A stretch of DNA of 32,000 nt. It comes from an uncultured archaeon (GTDB lineage: Archaea; Asgardarchaeota; Thorarchaeia; Thorarchaeales; Thorarchaeaceae). A program made the position numbers and the translations under genes. The notes under the pieces are model-generated. The model made no database searches, was not told the DNA's origin, and worked only from the letters and a program-made list of their open reading frames with translations. Of the stretch, positions 26,107-32,000 are shown in pieces. The stretch's first letter is position 1; the number at the start of each line of letters is the position of its first letter. The DNA is taken from positions 522,910-554,909 of the forward strand of contig CAYHAA010000001.1 in assembly GCA_964354495.1 (NCBI GenBank). Reading direction: 5' to 3'.

Positions 26107-27645
26107 ATGACTCTACTGAAATCATTTCTCGGCTTGCCAGAGGCAACAGACAAGGTCTTGCACCTGGCAAAGATTATGGCTATCCTCGGACCGCTCGCAC
26201 AGTCCACCTTTGTGCTCTCCACGACGTTCTATGTGATTTTTGTTGCAGAAGCCCTGGGAGGTGGTCCGGGTATGTACCTTCAAGGCATGGGCCTTGTCGG
26301 TGCTCTCGTAGTTGTTCAGATGGTTATCCAGACTATGCTGGACTATCCGACAGGCGCAATCGGAGACTGGATTGGTCAGAGATGGATCATAGCCTCATCA
26401 TCCATTTGCTTTGCCGTATCATTCATCATGCTTTCCTTTGTCACCACTTCTACACCCTTCCTGTATTTGGTCGTAGTCTATCTTCTAGCCGGTATTGCGA
26501 TGTCTCAGCAGAGCGGCGCTTTCAGCGCCTGGTTCGACAACAACTACCGCGTGGCGATGCCTGGTGACTCTGATCGGAAGCAGTATGGCGTATTCTTGGG
26601 TCGTATGGGCATGATGATGCAATTGGTGGCGACAGCGTCTCTGATTCCTGGGAGTCTCCTTGCTGTCATATTCTCGAGACCCTGGGTGTTCCAGTTTCAG
26701 GGGATTCTTGCATTAGTCTTCGCTTTGATTTCATTCCGCCTCATTAGAGATTTTCCAGAGGTCGAAGCACAACGAGTTGAGCGACCAGATATGGGTGAAT
26801 ACTTTGCAATACTAAAGGGTGGTGTGAGTTTTCTCTTCAGGCATCCCTTTGTGCGGTACATCATTATGGGAGGAATGCTCGCTACAAGTAGTATTATGGT
26901 CTGGGGCAACCTAATCCTCTTTCCGATGTATTATCTGTACCTTATCACAGATGTTGCAGTTGCCAGCTTCAGAACGCTCCTCTTTATGCCACACGTCGTT
27001 GCACAGGAGCGTTCTGGTATTTGGTCTCGAAGATTTCAGCCAAAGAAATGGATTCCACGTTTCCGGTTGATGGAGACGTGTGGATTTGTCTTCTTCTGGT
27101 TGTTCGCTACAATCATGTATCTCTTCCCACCTGTTGCTAGTGAATCTGCCAACATCATCTCAATCTACTGGCCATTCACAGGGATTCAGCTGTTGACCCT
27201 TCCTATTGAGAATCTCCTACCAATCGTTCTGATCTTCAGTACCTTCGTCGCTACGAGTTTCTTCGGAGGCTTCGCAGATGTTCTGACCCAGAGAGTGCTC
27301 CTAGACGTGATTCCAAATCGCATTCGGAATAGCATGTATTCGCTCTCACCAACCATTGCCACGCTCTTTGCCATTCCTCAAATTGCTCTCTTTGGATGGC
27401 TAATCACGATCATTGGTTTTCCATTGACTCTGGCTAGTTGCGGTGTGGTATCTCTTGCGGGCGTCATCATGATAGTACATGGTTTTAGACATGAGCCTCC
27501 GGTACGCGAGGAATCTACGTGGTCGGATAAAGGCCCGGCACTAGACCAATCAACAGGTGCCGCAAATCAGGATGAAGCAGTTGTTGAATCCCAGGCACCT
27601 GAAATCACGAAAGAGTCGCTTGATGATATGCCCCCTAAAGATTAG
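26107..27645 (+). CDS. Major facilitator superfamily transporter (512 aa)
   Basis: LDYPTGAIGDWIGQRW (motif A variant), about 12 TM helices, acidic cytoplasmic tail; GGGGAGTGA RBS. Confidence 0.9.
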   Translation: MTLLKSFLGLPEATDKVLHLAKIMAILGPLAQSTFVLSTTFYVIFVAEALGGGPGMYLQGMGLVGALVVVQMVIQTMLDYPTGAIGDWIGQRWIIASSSICFAVSFIMLSFVTTSTPFLYLVVVYLLAGIAMSQQSGAFSAWFDNNYRVAMPGDSDRKQYGVFLGRMGMMMQLVATASLIPGSLLAVIFSRPWVFQFQGILALVFALISFRLIRDFPEVEAQRVERPDMGEYFAILKGGVSFLFRHPFVRYIIMGGMLATSSIMVWGNLILFPMYYLYLITDVAVASFRTLLFMPHVVAQERSGIWSRRFQPKKWIPRFRLMETCGFVFFWLFATIMYLFPPVASESANIISIYWPFTGIQLLTLPIENLLPIVLIFSTFVATSFFGGFADVLTQRVLLDVIPNRIRNSMYSLSPTIATLFAIPQIALFGWLITIIGFPLTLASCGVVSLAGVIMIVHGFRHEPPVREESTWSDKGPALDQSTGAANQDEAVVESQAPEITKESLDDMPPKD

Positions 27646-27661
27646 AGTGGGCAGAACCAAC

Positions 27662-27702
27662 GTTCAGATGACCCCATCTTCTCTTATTGGAATCATCTGA
27701 AC
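27662..27702 (+). terminator. Hairpin downstream of the MFS gene
   Basis: GTTCAGATGA (27662-27671) / TCATCTGAAC (27693-27702), perfect 10-bp inverted repeat 16 nt after the stop. Confidence 0.5.
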
Positions 27703-27751
27703 AGAGTAAAGTTAATACACGCCTGCGTAGAATTCCGTTAGGTGTTCTAAT

Positions 27752-28654
27752 TTGAGTGATAGGCCAGGATTTCTTGTGGTTTCCCAATCGGGATCGGGCC
27801 TTCAGACAATGGACTATGAGAGGAAAATGGTCCTTGCGAAGGATGTGAAATTTGCTGGAGAGGACGGGTCTCTCGAGCTGACTGATGTACGCCTCGTTTG
27901 GTATAAAGGACCGAAGAAACAGAGCGGCCTGAAGAAGTTTGGAGCAATTGCTGGTGCTGTGGCTGGAGCCGCGCTCCTTGAAGGTGCTGGCAGGCAAATA
28001 GGAGGCATTGGCGGGAGCCTCGTGCGTGGCGTAGGTCGTGGGATAGGATATGCAGCAGTCGGCACTGCTGTATCTCGCTGGACAACTGATTCATTCTATA
28101 ATAAAGATGCCAAGGGGAATACTGAGAGCATCGCGGTGCCCCTCGTGGCAATTGCCCAGGCAACACAGAGTGGCAATAAGCTCATTGTAGAGCTAAAGGC
28201 CGGCGGCAACATGCAATTCGAGTTCAAGGAGAACAAGGTGATTCCTTCGATTGTCGCCAATGTTGACACAGCCCAAGACCAAGGCAAGTGTCCATACTGC
28301 GGAGCTGGAGCTGGCAATGCATCAGCTTGCCCCCGCTGTGGAGCTGCACTTGGAGGAAGCGGGCAACCCAGTAGCGACGAAGCAGGAGCGGCGCATGTTT
28401 CCACTGGTCGTGGTTCTGGTGGGCCTGCTCATATAGATATCAGCCCTGCTGGAGGCAGAGGCGGCTCTGGATCAATGCGCATTACCTACTCAGTCGATAA
28501 TGATGAGAATGGCGAACCTAAATCAGTCGATATAGACTACTCGGGCGACAAGGAAAGCAGTGGCAAAGGCGGTGGAGGATACTGTCCCAATTGCGGGCAG
28601 CCCTATCCAGTCGGTGCCAAGTTCTGCAATGCTTGCGGGCAGAAGCTTAGTTGA
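27752..28654 (+). CDS. PH-like domain split by a glycine-zipper segment, followed by two zinc ribbons
   Basis: GSLELTDVRLVWY and SIAVPLVAIAQ...KLIVEL (PH/GRAM/GLUE-like strand pattern). Gly/Ala hydrophobic insert. CPYC-x10-CPRC and CPNC-x10-CNAC ribbons. TTG start with AGGTG RBS; alternative ATG 27809. Confidence 0.8.
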   Translation: MSDRPGFLVVSQSGSGLQTMDYERKMVLAKDVKFAGEDGSLELTDVRLVWYKGPKKQSGLKKFGAIAGAVAGAALLEGAGRQIGGIGGSLVRGVGRGIGYAAVGTAVSRWTTDSFYNKDAKGNTESIAVPLVAIAQATQSGNKLIVELKAGGNMQFEFKENKVIPSIVANVDTAQDQGKCPYCGAGAGNASACPRCGAALGGSGQPSSDEAGAAHVSTGRGSGGPAHIDISPAGGRGGSGSMRITYSVDNDENGEPKSVDIDYSGDKESSGKGGGGYCPNCGQPYPVGAKFCNACGQKLS

Positions 28655-28671
28655 TTCAGTTTTCTTGAAAT

Positions 28672-28708
28672 GGTTCCTCTACTGAGGAACCTTTCCTTCC
28701 TCTTTTTC
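28672..28708 (+). terminator. Hairpin plus pyrimidine tract between convergent genes
   Basis: GGTTCCTC-TACT-GAGGAACC (28672-28691) followed by TTTCCTTCCTCTTTTTC. Confidence 0.65.
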
Positions 28709-29462
28709 ATCTGAACATGTCTTCATTCTTAGGTCTGACAATATCCTTCGCAGAATCATCATCTTCTAGGAAGGCATAGCCTCTTACGATGACTACAGGA
28801 ATTCCTTGCCCAGCTTGTCCCATCAATGGCTCTGCAAGTGATGCTATCTCATCCACCTGACAGACAGTGGAACGTTGCAGGATTCTGTTATAGAGGTCAC
28901 TTCTCCCCTTGTTATACTTGAACGGAGAAATACCCGCACAGCCAACAGCGATATTGACAGAGCCTCTTCGCCAAGGTCTTCCCTGCGTATCCGAAATGAT
29001 GACCGCTAGGCGTTTTCCTGATTCTCTTTCTATATTCCCTAGTATCTTCTTCGCTGATGCATCGGGGTATGCTGGTAGGAGAATATAGGTTCCTTGGGGC
29101 GCGTTGGACTTGTCAACCCCGCTGAAGTTGCATACCATCCCTGAATGTGTTTCAGTGATTAAAACACCCTTGCTTCTGATGACCTCGTTGCTTTCCCTGA
29201 GGGCAAGTTCCACCTGAATCGGGTCAAAGCCATTGTCGTTGGCAATCTCTCTTGCCCGAGCAGAAATCCTCACAGAGTCTCCGATGATCACTCTCCCCTC
29301 AGCCTTTGATACAATCTTCGATGCTACTACAATGATATCGCCATCTTCGAGTCTGAGTTCCAGAGCCCCAAGAGCTAGAAGGATTTGTCTGGAAAGATCA
29401 TCGTCGCTCCTGATGCTCGGTATATCGGGTATGCCAATTGCTTGAACTCCTTGATGCGACAT
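28707..29462 (-). CDS. cofE: Coenzyme F420-0:L-glutamate ligase
   Basis: DGDIIVVASKIVSKAEGR, NFSGVDKSN, LLPAYPDASA, VIISDTQGRPWRRG, DEIASLA, PVVIVRG. Confidence 0.95.
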   Translation of the reverse strand: MSHQGVQAIGIPDIPSIRSDDDLSRQILLALGALELRLEDGDIIVVASKIVSKAEGRVIIGDSVRISARAREIANDNGFDPIQVELALRESNEVIRSKGVLITETHSGMVCNFSGVDKSNAPQGTYILLPAYPDASAKKILGNIERESGKRLAVIISDTQGRPWRRGSVNIAVGCAGISPFKYNKGRSDLYNRILQRSTVCQVDEIASLAEPLMGQAGQGIPVVIVRGYAFLEDDDSAKDIVRPKNEDMFR

Positions 29463-29809
29463 AGTTCCACCTTCTCAGAGTTCCTGCTCATAAACATCTT
29501 TCTTCAACAAGAATGGAAACAACTTCTCCTAATAGTGTGGCGAGTCATGTCGGTTACAGCTGTTCCTCTATGTGATAAGGAGAATTGCTTTGGATTGCGA
29601 GCATAGAGATAATATGCTCTGACAGGTCCGACAACGCAGAGAAGATGGATTTGAGGGGATTAGCGACGGAAAAGAATAATATGCAATAGAAATCACTCCG
29701 AACACACTGGCAAGACGCGCAAAGCATATTGAAGTAGGGAAAGATTATCAACCGAATAACAATTCAAGTATTGAATCAATGATGGCGGTTTCTTGAGGAG
29801 TGACACGAA

Positions 29810-31828
29810 TTGAGTCCCGATGAAGATACAAGTTCAAACAAAGAACCCAAACCAAAGGCAACACCGATGACAAGCCCAACAGCAAGTGCAGGTGATATCA
29901 AAGAGGGAACAATTGCAAAGTTCATGCGTAAGAGGACTCAACTGGTTGGCTTTGAAACAGGATTGAATAAGCACACTCAGTACTCCATTGAGTTTCTGGA
30001 CAATGCCATCGATGCACTGGAGTCATGGTGGTGGAAGTCAAAGAAACGTCCTCGCCTCGCAGACAAACTGGAGCCTGAAATCATTGAAGAGGTGAAAAAG
30101 AAGCTCTCAGAGGGCTTGATCGACACAATTGCACTCAGCAAGCAACTTGAGAAAGACGTTCGAGCAGGAAAAGAAGTTCAGCTTCCTCCCAGGAAAAAGG
30201 AAACCCTTGAAGAACGCATCACTGAATTCAGAAAGTTCGTTACACCCCTTAGAACTCTCATCACCAAGCGCGAACCTCTGGTCGTCATGCAGATAACGGA
30301 AGTACAGATGCCCGACCTCATTCCTATTGATGACGAAGAGGGTTTCAAGGTCTATGAATTCACCTGCTTTGATACAGGTGTGGGAATGGTCCCAGCTGAC
30401 CTAGGGAAGTTCGGAATGTATCTGGCATCGAGCAAGTCCGAAAAACTGCGACAGACAAGAGGAAGTCAAGGCTTTGGTGCTCCTTCTGCCTTCAGCGATG
30501 CCCAGAACACCACTGGAAAACCGATATTTGCTATAACCAAAAGCTACACCGCTGAGAATGCAACTGCAAGCAGTTTCTATACCACGACAGCGAATACTAA
30601 GGACTATGTTGGTGGACCAATTGACATGGATTTGCCATTCAATCATGGCACGTACATTAGACTGTACTATTTGAATATCCAATACCGAAGGGGCTATTCT
30701 GATGTCTATGTAGAGATGGCATCCCTCCTGAACTCACATGTTACAATCATCCTCATTGATCCCTATGGTGAGGTCCGTATCTTTCCAAGAAGAGTTGGCA
30801 AATTCCCCGAGGAACCAAAGTACGCACAGCCTCACCCTGCAAGTATCAGAATTGGTGAGTTTCAGGACCTTCTTAGAGAGACTCCAGAATCCGATCTCAG
30901 AGGCTTTCTTACAAAAGCCTTCTGTCGTCTGAGCCCGAACAAAGCGAAGAATATAGTCGATGAAGCAAGCAAGGAGCTACGTAAGCGACATCTTGAACCC
31001 ATTACTCTCCAAACACCTGCAGACTCACTATCGAAGACCGAAGTAGAACTCCTCTATCGAGCTTTCTCCAATGAGGAATACATCGCCCCACCTACCGATA
31101 CTGTTGTCACAGTAGGCGAGGAGGTCTTTGAACAGACGATTCTGGAAGCATACAAACCAGATTTCGCAGCTGCAGTGACCAGAAAACCCACATCGGGAAA
31201 AGGTCTGTCGTTCGCAGTTGAGGTCTGTATTGGTTATGGTGGCGAGATAAAACCCGCATCATCTGCTCCGATGGTACTCTGGAGGTTTGTCAATAGAGTA
31301 CCGAAACTGAGGGATAACAGCGATTGCGCGACTTGGAAGGCATCAGCACAGGTCAACTGGAGGAACTACAAGGTTCAGACCTTTGATAATGGGATACCAC
31401 GTGGGCCAATAATGGTCTTCATCCATGTCTGCGGAGCCTATGTGCATGTGATGTTCAAGGGTCAATCGAAGCAGGCTCTGGCAGAGGATGAGGTGCTTAT
31501 TCGAGAGATAAAACTGGCTCTTGAAGATGCAGCTCGTAAGTTCCGCAGATTCATCACGAGAAGAGAAACAGATCGGAGAAAGGCAAAGCGTGCAGGTATT
31601 CTTGCCATGTATGCCGACCAGTTCGCGGAGAGTCTGGTTTACATTGCCAATGATGGAAGGAAGAAGCCGCTCTTTGACGCCGAAACAATTGCAGGTCGAA
31701 TCCGCGACTCCATCTCAGGCTTTGAAACCGAAGAAGAAGAAGATGAGTCTGAAGTGGGAGTTGAGGAGTCTGAACTTATCGCAGATCCGACCACTGATGA
31801 TTTGGACTTCGATGATATAGGGAGTTGA
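29810..31828 (+). CDS. top6B: DNA topoisomerase VI subunit B
   Basis: GHKL motifs EFLDNAIDA, FDTGVGM, RGSQGFG, HGTYI. H2TH region, transducer RFVNRVPKL and FKGQSKQAL. TTG start after GAGGAG. Confidence 0.93.
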   Translation: MSPDEDTSSNKEPKPKATPMTSPTASAGDIKEGTIAKFMRKRTQLVGFETGLNKHTQYSIEFLDNAIDALESWWWKSKKRPRLADKLEPEIIEEVKKKLSEGLIDTIALSKQLEKDVRAGKEVQLPPRKKETLEERITEFRKFVTPLRTLITKREPLVVMQITEVQMPDLIPIDDEEGFKVYEFTCFDTGVGMVPADLGKFGMYLASSKSEKLRQTRGSQGFGAPSAFSDAQNTTGKPIFAITKSYTAENATASSFYTTTANTKDYVGGPIDMDLPFNHGTYIRLYYLNIQYRRGYSDVYVEMASLLNSHVTIILIDPYGEVRIFPRRVGKFPEEPKYAQPHPASIRIGEFQDLLRETPESDLRGFLTKAFCRLSPNKAKNIVDEASKELRKRHLEPITLQTPADSLSKTEVELLYRAFSNEEYIAPPTDTVVTVGEEVFEQTILEAYKPDFAAAVTRKPTSGKGLSFAVEVCIGYGGEIKPASSAPMVLWRFVNRVPKLRDNSDCATWKASAQVNWRNYKVQTFDNGIPRGPIMVFIHVCGAYVHVMFKGQSKQALAEDEVLIREIKLALEDAARKFRRFITRRETDRRKAKRAGILAMYADQFAESLVYIANDGRKKPLFDAETIAGRIRDSISGFETEEEEDESEVGVEESELIADPTTDDLDFDDIGS

Positions 31829-31833
31829 GATTC

Positions 31834-32000
31834 TTGAGCGGAAAAAAGAAGACGAAGAAAGAACCTGAAATAGTGCAGTCAACTCTTGGTGACCTCGTTG
31901 AGGCAAAGCCTCAGAAGAAAGCCGCATCAAAGAAGAAATCAGAACCAAAGCCTCAGAAGAAAGCCGCATCAAAGAAGAAATCAGAACCAAAGCCTCAGAA
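31834..32000 (+). CDS. 5' end of a Lys-rich repeat protein (missed by the ORF track, runs off the window); possibly the N-terminus of topoisomerase VI subunit A
   Basis: TTG 5 nt after the top6B stop, GGAG at 31821-31824. Open frame MSGKKKTKKEPEIVQSTLGDLVEA(KPQKKAASKKKSEP)x2 KPQ... The identity as top6A is only an inference from the usual top6B-top6A gene order. Confidence 0.75.
   Translation, partial: MSGKKKTKKEPEIVQSTLGDLVEAKPQKKAASKKKSEPKPQKKAASKKKSEPKPQ
31905..32000 (+). repeat. Exact 42-bp tandem repeat, at least 2.3 copies (encodes KPQKKAASKKKSEP)
   Basis: AAAGCCTCAGAAGAAAGCCGCATCAAAGAAGAAATCAGAACC at 31905-31946 and 31947-31988; third copy begins at 31989. Confidence 0.97.

Noticed and set aside
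31715-31990. Minus-strand 91-aa ORF with a repeated VLISSLMRLSSEAL
   Set aside because: Antisense shadow of the 42-bp repeat. The + strand frame has an RBS, operon-like spacing and a coherent composition.
31905-32000. CRISPR array
   Set aside because: The repeats are contiguous with no spacers, and the unit is a multiple of 3 inside a reading frame.

Overview
32 kb of densely coding archaeal chromosome with about 28 genes. I found no rRNA, tRNA, CRISPR array, transposase or integrase. The gene set is archaeal: DNA topoisomerase VI subunit B, F420-0:glutamate ligase CofE, an orphan CitG homologue, a COG1751 protein, GGAG/AGGTGA ribosome-binding sites and TTATA-type promoters. The style of the genes (giant Thr-linker/TM-anchored subtilase, grpE-dnaK-dnaJ, MFS families) most resembles Asgard archaea of the Thorarchaeia type; that assignment is inference, not a search result. 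Gene order: partial TM/coiled-coil protein; 1606-aa S8 protease; nitroreductase and glyoxylate reductase; two tandem wHTH paralogues; small membrane proteins; CitG-like; sirtuin; grpE-dnaK-dnaJ; MFS-PadR-HAAS-COG1751; Xaa-Pro peptidase; YkgJ-like; 65-aa mini-protein plus P2A Ca2+-ATPase; alpha/beta hydrolase; hbd; ATC-hydrolase-family protein; 800-bp non-coding gap; MFS; PH-like/Gly-zipper/zinc-ribbon protein; cofE; top6B; and the start of a Lys-rich repeat protein. The most interesting signals are: (1) a stand-alone copy of the P-type ATPase N-terminal domain encoded 2 nt upstream of a pump that keeps both SERCA-type Ca2+ sites; (2) a split PH/GLUE-like protein with a glycine zipper and two zinc ribbons; (3) a Top6B with a large ATPase-domain insertion and acidic tail, followed by a histone-H1-like exact 14-aa repeat ORF; (4) a 14-bp inverted-repeat-bounded structured intergenic element; (5) three terminator-like hairpins sharing the apex C-TACT-G.
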